Of a DNA stretch of 64,000 nt, positions 1 through 12,467 are shown piece by piece; within the stretch, counting starts at the first letter, position 1; every line of letters starts with the position of its first letter. A model generated the notes under the pieces. It ran no database searches. It saw nothing but the letters and a program-made list of their open reading frames with translations, and was not told the DNA's origin. A program made the translations under genes and the position numbers. The stretch is from the NCBI GenBank assembly GCA_030448185.1, contig JAUJNL010000002.1, positions 26,925 through 90,924 on the forward strand, written 5' to 3'. Source of the stretch: Cytophagales bacterium. Lineage in GTDB: Bacteria > Bacteroidota > Bacteroidia > Cytophagales > 172606-1.

Positions 1-3000
1 TCGGACACTGGCACGTTGGTCTTGTTATTATCCGGCAGCAGTTTGCTTACCAGCGGAGGGGCATTGTCCACGGTATTGCCCGTCTCAAAGTTCCATTCTG
101 CCTGCGTCAGAATACCGGAGTGCGAGTTGCCATTGCGGTCTTTAAATGCCCCTTTAGGCATGGTAACCGAGATAGATGAGTTAGGCGGAAAATTATTGAC
201 TGGATTGACTACTACCGTATTCCCGTTAATACTGATCTGCGAAACGTCGGTTACCGGAATGGAGACCGAATTGCCGTTCTGGGTAATTACCACGGAGCCT
301 TCGCCAGCCTGGACCTCCTCATCGAAAATCATCATCAGGTTCACGTTCATCGGGATGCCCACCGCATTATCGGCCGGATATTGCACTTGCAGGGTGGGAG
401 CCACATTGTCCGAAATGGTGAAATCCCAGCTGGTTAGGTCATTGATACCCCGGAAGCTATTGTCGGCCATATCCAGGAATACGCTGGAAGGGATATAGAC
501 GCTGACCTTCTGACCGGAAATAAACTCATCGGGTTTGATGGTTACGGTATTGCCGGCAATTATGACTTTAAGCTCATTCTTTACGTCGATACTCTTTACG
601 GTACCTCCCTGATTAACAAATATAAATCCGGAACCCCGTTTGACCGGTTCGCTAAAGGAGAGGGTCAGATCGGTCTTGGGAGATACATTGACGGCATTGT
701 CCGCCGGAGAAAGCGCCACCAGGGCCGGAGGCGTATTATCCACGGAAGCAGCCACAATAAAGTTCCAGGTGACAGCGTCACTGATACCGGCGTATTTGTT
801 GCCCGACAGGTCCGTGAAAGCACCATCACTGATCTGGATACTGATGCCGGCACTTGACGGAAAATCAAGTGGAGGGTTAATGGTCACTATATTATCAGAT
901 ACCGTAATATTATCGCTGGATACGGAGATTTCCTGTTTATTGACGCCATCATTGACAATGACCAATCCGCTGCCTTTCTTGATCCGCTCATTAAAAATAA
1001 CCGTGAGGTTGGCGCTGGGCGGTACGTTATTGGCATTGTCTTCCGGGGCAAAAGAGGAGACCCTTGGTGGCTCGGCATCTGGTGGGGGCGCTACACTGAA
1101 GTTCCAGGCAGTCGTGCTTAGAATTCCCCCAAATGGGTTGCCCGCTAGATCTTTGAACGTTCCTGCCGGTACCTGCACTGATACTCCGGTGTTGTAAGGG
1201 AAGTTGTTCGCCAAGTCAATGGTTACGGTGCGGTCTGACAAGGTTACCTGCGGATCGTTTACGTCAATCTGCACAGTAGCTGACCCATATACCACGCTGA
1301 TTTTGCCTTCACCCCTCAGAACGGTTTCGTTAAAGGTAATAATCAGATTGACATCTACCGGCACATTGACGGCATTGTCACCGGGACTCAGGTTGGTAAA
1401 GGTAGGTGCATTAAAGTCAGGCTCTGGCATTGTCCGGAAGTTCCACCGGTCATTGGTGCTGATGCCCTCAAATGCATTACCGGCCAGGTCCGTGAAGGTT
1501 CCCGCCTGAATTCTGACAAATACGTCGGTGCTATAGGGCAGATCATTAGGCGGATCTACCGTCACCAGGTCGCCATTAATGGCAATGGCCGGATTGTCAA
1601 ACGGAATTACCTGCTGGCGGCCTCCGCCCATATCAATGAGTACAAAACCCGTATTCCCTCTTTTAACGGCTTCACTGAAGCGGATTTCCAGATTGGTCTT
1701 AACGCCTACATTCTGTGCATTGTCAGCCGGGGAGAGACCCGTAATGGTTGGCACCGTCACGTCTCCCACGCTGAAATTCCAGGCGGTAGGACCCGTAATA
1801 CCGGCAAAAGGATTTCCCGATAGATCCGTGAAAATACCAGCTGGCATCTGTACGTTCACCGTTGCCCCGGAGGGGAAGTCTGCCGGATCAATGGTTACTG
1901 TATTGTTGGATACCGTAACACTGCCAGCGTTGACGTCTATCGTCTGCGAAGTGCCGTTTATATTCAGGGTAATGGAGCCCGCACCCTTCTTGACCGGTTC
2001 GCTGAAGGCCATCGTCAGATTGGCATTGGTGGCCGCATTAGCCGCATCATCGGCCGGTGATAGTGCCGTAATAACAGGCACTCCGGTATCTTTTACCGTG
2101 AAATTCCAGGTGGTAGCGTTGGTGATGCCTGCAAAGGGAATATTGTTCAGATCCAGGAAAATACCTTCCGGCATGGTGATGCTGATGGCCGAACCCGAAG
2201 GAAAATCCGCCGGATTAATCGTGACAATGTTGTTGTTAATACTTACGGAAGCGTCATTAACATCAATTTCCTGATTGGTGCCTCCCTGATTAATGGTGAT
2301 TTTACCAACCCCTTTTTTTACGGGTTCACTAAAAGTCATTACCAGGTTCGCATTCAGGTCTACGCTGCCTGCATTATCCGCCGGTGACAGGCTGGCAATG
2401 GTAGGAGCACTCACGTCGGAAATGGTGAAGTTCCAGGTGGCTGGATCGGTAATGCCCGGGAAGGGATTATTTTCCTGATCCAGGAACGTGCCGGCCTGCA
2501 TGGTCACATTGACGTTGGCTCCCGAAGGTAAATCAGAGGGAGGATCAATAGATACAATGTTGCCATTAATGGTGACATACTGACTGGGCACACTGATCAG
2601 GCGGCTGGTATTGCCGTAGGTGAGTACAATAGCCAGATTCTGACCCGTTCCCGCTTTTACGGGTTCACTAAAGGTCATCACCAGATTGGTATTGGGCGAT
2701 ACGTTCTCCTGATTGTCAGCTGGCAGGAATGTGATTACGTAGGGCGCGTTTACATCATTAACCTTGAAGTTCCAGGCGTCGGCGCTGGTGATTCCGGCAA
2801 AGGCGTTGCCGGCTAGGTCCGTAAGGGCACCCGAAGAGATCAGCACGTTTACATTGGCACCTGAAGGGAAGTCAGCCGGGTTCACAGTGACTTTGTTCCC
2901 CGCGATGGTAATTGGGGCCGCCGGATCATCTACCCTGAATTGTTGGGTAAGATTACCCTGGTTGATGAAAATAAATCCCGTGCCGGCTCTTACTGGTTCA

Positions 3001-6000
3001 CTAAAGGTTATTTCCAGATTGGCGTTCGGGGCAACAGTGAGTGAATTGTCGGGGGGCGAAAGAGACGTAGCTGTAGGCGCCACAACATCTTTTACCGTAA
3101 AGTTCCAGGTATCGGCGCTGGTGATTCCGGCAAAAGTATTATTGTCGGCATCCAGAAAAGCACCCGGCTGAATCTGCACGTTCAGGTTGCCTCCCGAAGG
3201 GAAATCTGCCGGATCAATGGTCACTACCTGCTGATTAATGCTGACAGCGGCATCCGTTACGGCAATGGTTTGCAGTACGGTGCCTCCCTGATTAATGGTA
3301 ATGCTCCCCGAATTTCCCTTTTTGACGGGTTCATTAAAGGTAATCACCAGGTTCGCATTAGTTTCTACATTGCTTGCATTATCGGGCGGGGACAGCGCAC
3401 TAATCGCAGGGCCAGCCACATCGGCTACCGTAAAGTTCCATTCGGTAGGGGAGGAGATGCCCGCCCAGTTATTGTTCGATAAGTCGGTAAACGTACCGGT
3501 CGGAATGGTTACGTATACGGCGGCACTAGAAGGGAAGTCAGCTGGGTTAATGGTAACGGTTCTGCCATCCGCAGAAACGCTTACGGCCGTAGAACTAACT
3601 GCAATGCTCTGGCTGGTACCTCCCTGGTTAACGGTAATGTTGCCCGAATTGCCTTTCTTGACGGGCTCATTGAACGTAAGAACCAAATCGGCATTGGTGG
3701 CCACTCCCGTGGCATTATCCTGCGGAGTAAACGTAATGGCCGTAGGAGCCTGGGTATCCACTATCGTGAAGCCCCAGGTAGTGGCACTGGTAATGCCGGC
3801 AAAATTATTATTGGCAAGATCCTGAAAAGCACCAGCCGTAATCTGAACATTCAGCGTAGCCCCGGAAGGAAAATCCGCCGGGTCAATAGTCACTGTTTTT
3901 TGATCTGCGCCAATACTTACAGCCGCATCCGTCACACTAATCGTTTGGATCGGCGTATTGCCTTGGTTAATGGTAATGCTGCCGCTGCCCTTTTTGACGG
4001 CTTCATTAAAGGCAACCGTTAAGCTCTTGTTCCCGGCTACATTGGTAGCACCGCTTCCCGGATCAAGTCCGGTAATCATAGGAGCCTGCGTATCGGGAGC
4101 CGCTACGGTAGTAAAACTCCAAGGATTTGTACCACTAGCTCCGGTAGTGCCGATAAACTTATTACCGGCTAAATCCTCAAACGCTGTATTGGGAATAGTA
4201 ACAGAAACCGCCGTTGAATAAGGTAAATCCCCGGTAGGCGTAGGATCAAAACTAGCCGTTAGCCCATTCGCGGAAAGCGTAACGCTAGTGAGAGGAATCG
4301 AGGTATTGGTGCTGCCATAGCTGACGGTAATGTTGCCTGTGCCCTTTTTGACCGCTTCACTAAAGGTAAGACTCAGGATTTTGGTAATGGCAACTCCGGT
4401 AGCTGCGTGCTGCGGATCTAAGCTAGCCATAGGCGCCTGCGTATCAGGAGCGGCTTTGGTCGTGAAGCTCCAGGGAGTACTTGGGTTAGCACTGCCTGTA
4501 CCGGCAAAAGCATTATTAGCATCATCTCTAAAAGCCCCGCTAGGAATGGTAACGGCAACGGTAGCGGAATAAGCAAAATCGGCCGGATTAATCGTCACCG
4601 TCCTTCTATCCACCGAGAAACTCACCCGGCTCCCATCGGTAACGGCAATAATCTGGTTCGTAATCCCATCAGTAATACTGATGTTGCCACTACCGGCTTG
4701 TACGGCTTCATTAAACGTAAGCACCAGGTTAGTGCTGATTTCCTGATTGGTAGCTCCGTTATTTGGGGTAAGACTAGCCGTAGGGGCTTGGGTATCGGGA
4801 ACAGATGCGGTCGTAAAGCTCCAGGGATTGGCTCCACTAGCGCCGGTAGTGCCGTCAAAAGGATTATTGGCCAGATCCGTAAAGGCCCCGCTAGGCACTG
4901 TCACTGAAACAGTCGTTGCGTAAGGCAGGTCTCCGGTAGGCGTAGGATCAAAACTAGCCGTTAGCCCATTCGCGGAAAGCATAACGCTACTTAAGGGAAT
5001 CGAGTTAGTCGTACTGCCATAACTCACCGTAATACTGCCACTGCCCTTTTTGACCGCTTCACTAAAGGTAAGACTCAGGATTTTGGTAATGGCAACTCCG
5101 GTAGCTGCGTGCTGCGGATCTAAGGTAGCTGTGGGTTTGGTGTTATCCGGATTAACCGTCTTAAAACTCCAGGGAGTACTAGGGTTAAACGTACCCGTTC
5201 CGGCAAAGGTATTTCCAGACGGGTCTCTGAAAGCACCCTCGGGAATGTTTACCGAAATGGTGGTATTGACGGGCAGATCCGCCGGAGGATCAATCGTTAC
5301 CGTAGCCGTTGCCGAAGACAGAACCAGGGTACTTACATCAATGCTTTGTCCGGGATTGCCGTTATACGTAAGCGTAATCGTACCCGTGCCCTTCACGACG
5401 GGTTCCGAGAAGGTAAGTTGCAGGTTTACATTTACTGGTTGATCCACGGCATCATGGCCCGGTGCACGATTGCTTAAGGTCGGTTTGGTATTATCCGCCG
5501 GAGCTGCAGTAGTAAAGCTCCAGGGCGTAGCACCAGAAGCACCGGTAGTTCCGCCGAACTCATTATTGGCTAAGTCTTTGAAAGCGCCCTTAGGAATAGT
5601 GACGGCAACGGTAGCCGAGTTGGCAAAGTCCAGCGGATTAATGGTGACCGTCTTTTTATCGGCCGAGAAACTGCCACCCGGCTGGCATCGGTAACCGAAA
5701 TACTTTGCGGAGTAGTCCCATCAGTAATGCTGATGTTGCCACTGCCGGCTTGTACAACCTCATCAAAAACCAGTACTAAGTTCTCGCTAATGGCTACGTT
5801 GGTAGCATTGTGCATGGGAGTTCGGGTAGCTAAACCTGGCGCCTGCGTATCAGCAGCGGCTACGGTAGTAAAGCTCCAGGGATTTGTACCACTAGCACCC
5901 GTAGTACCGGCGAAAGGATTATTAGCTTCATCTCGAAAAGCCGTATTGGGAATAGTCACCGAAATGGTAACTGAATAATCGAAATCAGTCGGATTAATGG

Positions 6001-9000
6001 TGACAACCAGTCTATCAGCGGAAAGAGTAACCAAGCCCGAAGTAGCCACATCAATCGTCTGACTCTTGCCCGAAGACTGATTTACAAGAATACTACCAGT
6101 TCCTTTGTTAATAGGCTCATTAAACGTAAGTACCAGGTTATCCGTGATGGCGGCATCCGGCTTGCCATTGTTTGGGGAAAGGGTAGCCGTAGGGGCAGTT
6201 ACATCCGGCTCTTCCTGAGCCGAAAATTTCCAGTTCTGACTTCCGGGACCACTATTGATACCCAAAAACTTGTTTCCCGCTACGTCTTCAAAGGCTCCCA
6301 GCGGTACAGTTACGTCAATAGTAGCTCTATAGGGGAAATTATTCGGTGGGTTGATCGTGGCCGTTTTCTTATCGGCTGATAAAGCAACGGAGCCATTCAC
6401 AACGTCAATTATCTGACTGCCTCCGTTGGAATAATCAATCCTGATACTTCCGGTGCCTTTTTTAATTTCCTCATTAAAAGTCAGGATCAAGTCCGCATCA
6501 ATGGGCACTCTCTGATCCCCATTACCAGGCCTGAGCGTAGTAACGGTAGGTGCCTGGGTATCCGCGGCAGCTACCGTGGTAAAGCTCCAGGGACTAGCTC
6601 CACTACTGCCAGTCGTACCCACAAAAGCATTATTAGCCAGATCCGTAAAAGCCGTATTGGGAACCGTCACCGAAACGGTAGCTCCATTCGGTAGATCACC
6701 GGTAGGAGCCGGGTCAAAGCTAGCCGTCTTGTTATCAGTTGAGAGATTAACGCTGCTTATAGGAATGGAGGTATTGGTGCTGCCATAACTGACCGTAATA
6801 CTGCCACTGCCTTTCTTTACCGCTTCACTAAAAGTAAGCGAAAGGGTTTGGGTAATAGCTACATTCGTAGCTCCATTATTTGGGGTAAGACTAGCCGTAG
6901 GAACTTGTTTATCCGCGGGAGCTATCGTAGTAAAGCTCCAGGGATTAGCGCCGCTAGCGCCAGTAGTGCCATCAAAAGGATTATTAGCTTCATCCGTAAA
7001 GGCCCCGCTTAGAATGGTGACCGAAACCGTGGCGGCACTGGCAAAGTCCAGCGGATTAATAGTCACCGTTTTTTATCTGCGGAGAAAGAGACCCTGGTAT
7101 CAGCTATCGGAATAGTTTGAGTAGGATTCTTGCCATCAGTAATAGTAATCGAGCCACTGCCTGCCTTCACGGCTTCATCAAAGGCAAGCACCAGGTTAGC
7201 GGTGGTATCCTGATTAATAGCTCCATTACCAGGAGTAAGCGTAGCCTTAGGTTTAATATTATCAGCCGCTACTATCGTAGTAAAGCTCCAGGGGAGTACT
7301 TGGGTTAGCACTGCCTGTACCGGCAAAGCATTGTTAGCCAGATCCGTAAAGGCACCACTAGGAACCGTCACCGAAACGGTTGCTCCATTGGGCAGGTCTC
7401 CGGTAGGAGCCGGATCAAAGCTAGCCGTCTTGTTATCAGTTGAGAGATTAACGCTGCTTATAGGAATGGAGGTATTGGTGCTGCCATAACTGACCGTAAT
7501 ACTGCCACTGCCTTTCTTTACCGCTTCACTAAAAGTAAGCGAAAGGGTTTGGGTAATGGCTACATTCGTAGCCCCATTACCCGGGAGAGATTAACCTTGG
7601 GTGCTTGTTTATCGGCAGGCGCCGCAGTGGTAAAGCTCCAGGGCGCAGCGCCAGAAGCACCCGTAGTTCCGGTAAATTTATTGCCGGCCAAGTCCGTGAA
7701 AGTTCCTTCAGGAATGGTCACCGCAACGGTAACTGAAGCCGCAAAATCAAAGGGATTGATAGTTACCGTCTTTTTATCGGTTGAAAAACTCACTCGGTTA
7801 TCGGTAACGGAAATGCTCTGATAATTAGCTCCGTTGGTAATATTAATATTGCCACTACCAGCTTGGACAGCTTCATCAAAGACAAGCACTAGGTTAGCGG
7901 TAGTATCCTGATTCGTCGTGCCGTTAGCGGGAGTAAGCGTAGTGACTTTCGGAGCTTGGGTATCAGCGGCAGCTGCGGTCGTAAAGCTCCAGGGCCTAGC
8001 ACCACTAGCGCCGGTTGTACCGGCAAAGCATTCGGGGTAGAAGCCAGATCGGTAAAAGCCCCACTCGGAATAGTGACGGCAACGGTAGCCGAGTTGGCAA
8101 AGTCCAGCGGATTAATGGTGACCGTCTTTTTATCGGCCGAGAAACTCACCCGGCTGGCATCGGTAACCGAAATACTTTGCGGAGTAGTCCCATCAGTAAT
8201 GCTGATGTTGCCCGTGCCGGCTTGTATAGCCTCATCAAAAACCAGTACTAAGTTCTCGCTAATGGCTACGTTGGTAGCATTGTGCATGGGAGTCCGGGTA
8301 GTAAGGCCTGGTGCTTGGGTATCGGGAGGCGCAGCGGTGGTAAAGCTCCAGGTTGTGTTGTTATCAATACCAGCAAAAGCGTTGTTGGCCAGATCCGTAA
8401 AGGCTCCACTAGAAATACGCACGGCTACGGGAGTCGCATGGGGCAGATCCGTAGCCGGATCAATCGTAGCCGAAAGCGCATCGGCACTAATGGAGACCGT
8501 ACTGGCCGTAACCGGAATCGGACTTTGGGCCACGTTGTTATAATACAACGTAATCGTACCCGTGCCTTTCTTGATCTTTTCCGAGAAAGTAATTTTTAAG
8601 TTCTGAGTAGTAGCTACACTAGTGGCACCAGTAAGCGGATCAAGGACACTAATCGTAGGCGGTGTGTTATCAGCGGCAGCTACCGTAGTAAAGCTCCAAG
8701 GAGTACCACTACTGCCACCCGTACCATTAAACTTATTCCCGGCTAAATCCTCAAAAGCTGTATTAGGCACGGTGACTGAAACGGTAGCTCCATTAGGGAA
8801 GTCTCCGCTAGGGGTGGGATCAAAACTAGCCGTCCGGTTATCAGCTGAGAGGGTAACGCTGCTTAGCGGAATCGAGTTAGTCGTACTGCCATAACTCACC
8901 GTAATACTGCCACTGCCCTTTCTTACGGGCTCATCAAAGGTAAGACTAAGCGTTTGGCTAATAGCCACTCCAGTAGCATTATGCTGCGGATCTAGCGTAG

Positions 9001-10396
9001 CTTTCGGAGCGGTATTATCAGCACTGCCGGCTACAGTAAAGTTCCAGGCTGTAATGTTGGAAATACCTGCGTAAGCATTGTTATTCAGATCGGTAATGAC
9101 TCCGTTGTCAAGGGTAATATAGACACTGGCTCCGGTGGGAAAGTCTCCACTGCGGTTAATGGTTAAGGTCGAACCTGCTACCTGAATAATGGTATTGTTA
9201 ACCGGAATTACTTCGTTAGTGCCGTTAACATTTAGGGTAATATTGCCGGTATTCCCCTTCCTGACCGGCTCAGAGAACGTAATACTAGGTTTTGTGTTAG
9301 CCGCTACTCCGGTAGCATTGTCACCGGGCGTAAACGAACTAGCCGTAGGCGGCGTATTATCGGCAGCAGCTACCGTAGTAAAACTCCAGGGAGTAGTGCC
9401 TGTTGAGCCCGTAGTCCCGGCAAAAGCATTATTAGCTAAATCCTTGAAAGCGCCACTGGGCACAGTAACTGATATAACAGTAGCATTCGGGAAATCAGCG
9501 GGATTAATCGTAACGGTTTTATTATCGGCTGAAAGGGTAATTGCCGTAGAAGTAGCCGCATTAAAAGTCTGCGTAGTGCTGCCCTGCGTAATGGTGATCG
9601 TTCCCGTGCCCCGCTGCACGGCTTCGTTAAAAGTCAATACTAAGCTCTCGGTAATGGCTACGTTCGTAGCTCCATTAATTGGAGATAGACTGGCCGTTGG
9701 CGCTTGGGTATCAGGAGCGGCTACGGTAAAGTTCCAGGTAGTGGCATTGGTAATGCCGGCAAAGGGATCATTAGTCGCAACGCTTAGAAACGCACCGCTT
9801 TCAATCTGCACATACACAGCCGCTCCCGGAGTGAAATCAGCCGAAGGATTAATGGTGACAGTTGCGCCGTTAATACTAACTATACCTGTATTTGCAGCCG
9901 CTATCGGACTAAGGGCGGTACCATTCTGGTAGATCGTTATGTTTTTATTTGCTGCTGCTTTGACCGGTTCACTGAAGGTAATTTCAAGATTATCACTGGC
10001 GGATGCTGTAGTGGCATTGTCAACTGGTTTGGTGGACGAAATACTGGGTATACCGGCAATATGAAAGCTTCGGTCTGTTTTAACTTCAATGCCGGCAAAG
10101 GATTCATCAGCATGTTTGTCAACCGATGCTCCTTCCTCCACATTGGCATAAAGAGCTATACCCGCCGGAAATGTTTCCGAAGATTTGCCCGTTTTCCCCC
10201 GCGTGTTTTTTGTCGTGATGCCACTCTTACTGACCTGCATTTCCCGGTCAAAAGTCATGGCCAGGTCACCCGCAGTTAGCGGATTGTTATGATCACCAGG
10301 GGATAATTCTTGAGTAGTCTGACTAAGAGAGGTACTTAACCCCAGAAGAATCCAGAAAATATTTGCCAATAGCATTGCTCGTACAGTTAATATCAT
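1..10396 (-). CDS. Giant secreted/cell-surface protein of about 30 tandem bacterial Ig-like (Big_5/SbsA-type) domains. N-terminus with signal peptide at 10396; 3' end runs off the left edge. Reading frame broken at least 5 times.
   Basis: Minus ORFs 7889-10396, 7560-7889, 7063-7371 and 5570-7066 all repeat one 100-110 aa unit, as does an unlisted open minus frame from about 5680 to position 1. My hand translation of 1-540 gives IKPDEFISGQKVSVYIPSSVFLDMADNSFRGINDLTSWDF...PPLVSKLLPDNNKTNVPVS. The unit is D[TN]xxP..L.P.NGATNV.....L.L.F.E.V.KG.G.I.I......I.V.......KT.TINP..DF.....V.V..GAF.D.A.N.F.G.....PW.FTT. The N-terminus MILTVRAMLLANIFWILLGLSTSLSQ looks like a signal peptide. Frame breaks lie near 8025-8045, 7580-7585, 7291/7325 (a compensating pair), 7069-7074 and 5673. 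Confidence 0.85.
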
Positions 10397-10499
10397 GGAT
10401 GGTTTTCACAGCGGTTGAAGGATTTAACTTCTCTGTAATAATTATGCTCGTATTTAAAAGTAAGTGCTCATCCGGGAATGAGCATTAAAAAAGTACTGG

Positions 10500-11240
10500 T
10501 TATCGCTCCTTAGGTGGAGGATTATCCGGACGGTCCAACTCACCCGGTTCGGGTGGGGGTGGTTTGGGTAGTGCCAGCAGGACCACACCAGTGGCTGCTA
10601 CTGCCGCCGCGGGCAAAATCTTCAGGGCATTCGGGATTTTTCGCTTGATGGCAAATACATCGCTGTAACGGTAATTGGCCGGTGTACTTACGCTGGCAAC
10701 CCGCAGGCGGTAGTTGGTTCCCGGCGTAAGGTCAGTTGGAAGTTCCCAGGTAAACTTTCCCTGATTACCGGTGCGCGTAATTACCGCATTGAGAATGGTA
10801 TCCCGGTACAGTTCCAATTGGACATTTTCCCCGTCAACGCCTCCTTTCCAGGCCAGGTCATACGTGCGGCCCCGGCGGTACTTTTCATCAACTACCGGCT
10901 TTTGCAACGGTGCATAGGTCAGGGTAGCTTCCACCTTAAAGCTCAATGGGCCTTCAAAACGGGAAAGTTCTTTGAATGCCCCCCAAACGATTTTTTTGTT
11001 CGTTCCCGGGGTCACATCTGCCCCAGCATCTCCGCGGACATGCACCAGGGGTTCGGCCATTTGGTTATGTGAACTGTATACCACTACCTGGTAAAGCTGG
11101 CCCGCCAAACTTCCGTTGAGATCATAGGAGATCATTACCACGTTGCCCCTGGTCTCTGCATTGAGATTCGTAACGGACTGACTGGTAGCTGTCAGGGACA
11201 GCAGGCAGCAAAAAGGCAGCAGAAAGTAGACAATGCGCAT
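10500..11240 (-). CDS. Hypothetical secreted, C-terminally membrane-anchored protein (246 aa)
   Basis: Intact ORF. N-terminal signal-like MRIVYFLLPFCCLLSLTATSQS, a hydrophobic segment ILPAAAVAATGVVLLALP near the C-terminus, then a Pro-rich tail. I recognise no family. Confidence 0.55.
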   Translation of the reverse strand: MRIVYFLLPFCCLLSLTATSQSVTNLNAETRGNVVMISYDLNGSLAGQLYQVVVYSSHNQMAEPLVHVRGDAGADVTPGTNKKIVWGAFKELSRFEGPLSFKVEATLTYAPLQKPVVDEKYRRGRTYDLAWKGGVDGENVQLELYRDTILNAVITRTGNQGKFTWELPTDLTPGTNYRLRVASVSTPANYRYSDVFAIKRKIPNALKILPAAAVAATGVVLLALPKPPPPEPGELDRPDNPPPKER

Positions 11241-11516
11241 AGGCCAGTTAAGACAGGGAAAAATCCGGAAGTAGGAATTACCAGTGCCGCAATTTTAAGA
11301 AAAGCCAGAACACCCATAAATCAACGTAAAATTTACGCAGGAAGTTTTTCCGGGCTTTCGCAATTACTACGGTAAAAAATCAAATAATTTAAACCTTTTT
11401 TTGGATTTAACCCATTCAATTCTAAGGCAAATTACCCTTTTATACGCTCTGTAACAAGGTTTATGGGTAGAAATGCTTCAAATCCTACTGCCTTCCTTTT
11501 TACTGAAAATTGCTGG

Positions 11517-12134
11517 CTAAGCCATAGACCGGATCATCTTTTCCTCCAAAATATTCCGCAAACTGCGCAGATAACGGAGTTTTGTACTTTTAACTACATC
11601 CTCATTCCGGTAGCCCAATACGGCGGCAATCTGCTTAATGGGTTTTTTATCAAAGTAGAACAACTGAATCAGGCGCTGGCCTCTTTCGGGAATTTGGCGG
11701 ATGGCGTCCGGAAGTTCATTCAGGGCCGTCTGATCAGGTGTGGCATCCGAAAGAAGCGCCATGTGGTCACCTGTTTCAACCGGTTCATCATGCAGCTTAT
11801 GGCGGTTGTCCAGGTCCCGTTGCCGCTGACGGATGTGAGAATGAATCAGATTCTTGCCGATGGCAAAAAGATAGGTTTTCATACTGGCGTTCTGACAGGA
11901 AAATTTGCCCTGTTTAATGTTCTCATAGAGAATGATAATGGCATCCTGATAGATGTCAGCCGCTTGCTCCCTGCCTAACCCAAAGTTTTTTTCGCTCCAC
12001 TTAAAAAATTCATTACGGTGGGCAAGGTAAAACTTATCCAGTGCGCTGGAAAAATCCTGCTGAATGTACTGCAGCATGGGGTGGTCGGCGGGGGAGGCCA
12101 TACACTGATAAGCGGGTAACTGAGTAGCGTTCAT
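11517..12134 (-). CDS. RNA polymerase sigma-70 family (ECF-type) sigma factor
   Basis: 205 aa. Region 2-like DIYQDAIIILYENIKQGKF...YLFAIGKNLIHSHIRQRQR and region 4-like ERGQRLIQLFYFDKKPIKQIAAVLGYRNEDVVKSTKLRYLRSLRNIL. Confidence 0.85.
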   Translation of the reverse strand: MNATQLPAYQCMASPADHPMLQYIQQDFSSALDKFYLAHRNEFFKWSEKNFGLGREQAADIYQDAIIILYENIKQGKFSCQNASMKTYLFAIGKNLIHSHIRQRQRDLDNRHKLHDEPVETGDHMALLSDATPDQTALNELPDAIRQIPERGQRLIQLFYFDKKPIKQIAAVLGYRNEDVVKSTKLRYLRSLRNILEEKMIRSMA

Positions 12135-12265
12135 GCGACTAAAGTTTGGGGATGGTGGCTAAGAACCAGATGTCAGTTAGTAGCCATGCCCTTTCGTTTT
12201 GTAATCGCCAGCCCAAAAAATGAAAACAGAAAAATAATCCGGGAAGATTGACGTGGCTTTATGAA

Positions 12266-12323
12266 TTCAAAAAGCAGCTGACCAAGCCGCATTGCCACTG
12301 GCAACGCAACCTGGTCAGCTGCT
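12266..12323 (-). terminator. Putative Rho-independent terminator downstream of sodC (read on the minus strand)
   Basis: A 12-bp perfect stem, AGCAGCTGACCA (12273-12284) with TGGTCAGCTGCT (12312-12323). An A-run at 12269-12273 on the plus strand gives a T-run after the hairpin on the minus strand. The 27-nt loop is long for a canonical terminator. Confidence 0.45.
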
Positions 12324-12334
12324 GGAGTGCTTAT

Positions 12335-12452
12335 GTATTAGTCATTAGTCATTAGTCATTAGTCATTAGTCATTAGTCATTAGTCATTAGTTTTTTCCCT
12401 GAATGATCTTTTTCGCAATGACCAATTAACCAATGACTATTACCTAATACCC
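12335..12452. repeat. Heptanucleotide microsatellite (GTCATTA x7 perfect, 12341-12389) forming the left arm of an imperfect hairpin
   Basis: Seven exact tandem GTCATTA copies are preceded by a degenerate GTATTA. The right arm CAATGACCAATTAACCAATGACTATTACCTAATACCC (12414-12452) is an imperfect reverse complement. Confidence 0.9.
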
Positions 12453-12467
12453 ATTCAACATTTACCA

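Noticed and set aside
16-9932. Series of long plus-strand ORFs (16-498, 640-1197, 1579-2274, 3295-3825, 7956-8543, 9189-9932 and others) covering the first 10 kb
   Set aside because: They are antisense shadow ORFs of the minus-strand Ig-like repeat gene. Their translations are low-complexity (LKV/VKFQ/TLSA-type) with no domain logic. The minus strand gives a coherent Big_5-like repeat with a signal peptide at 10396.
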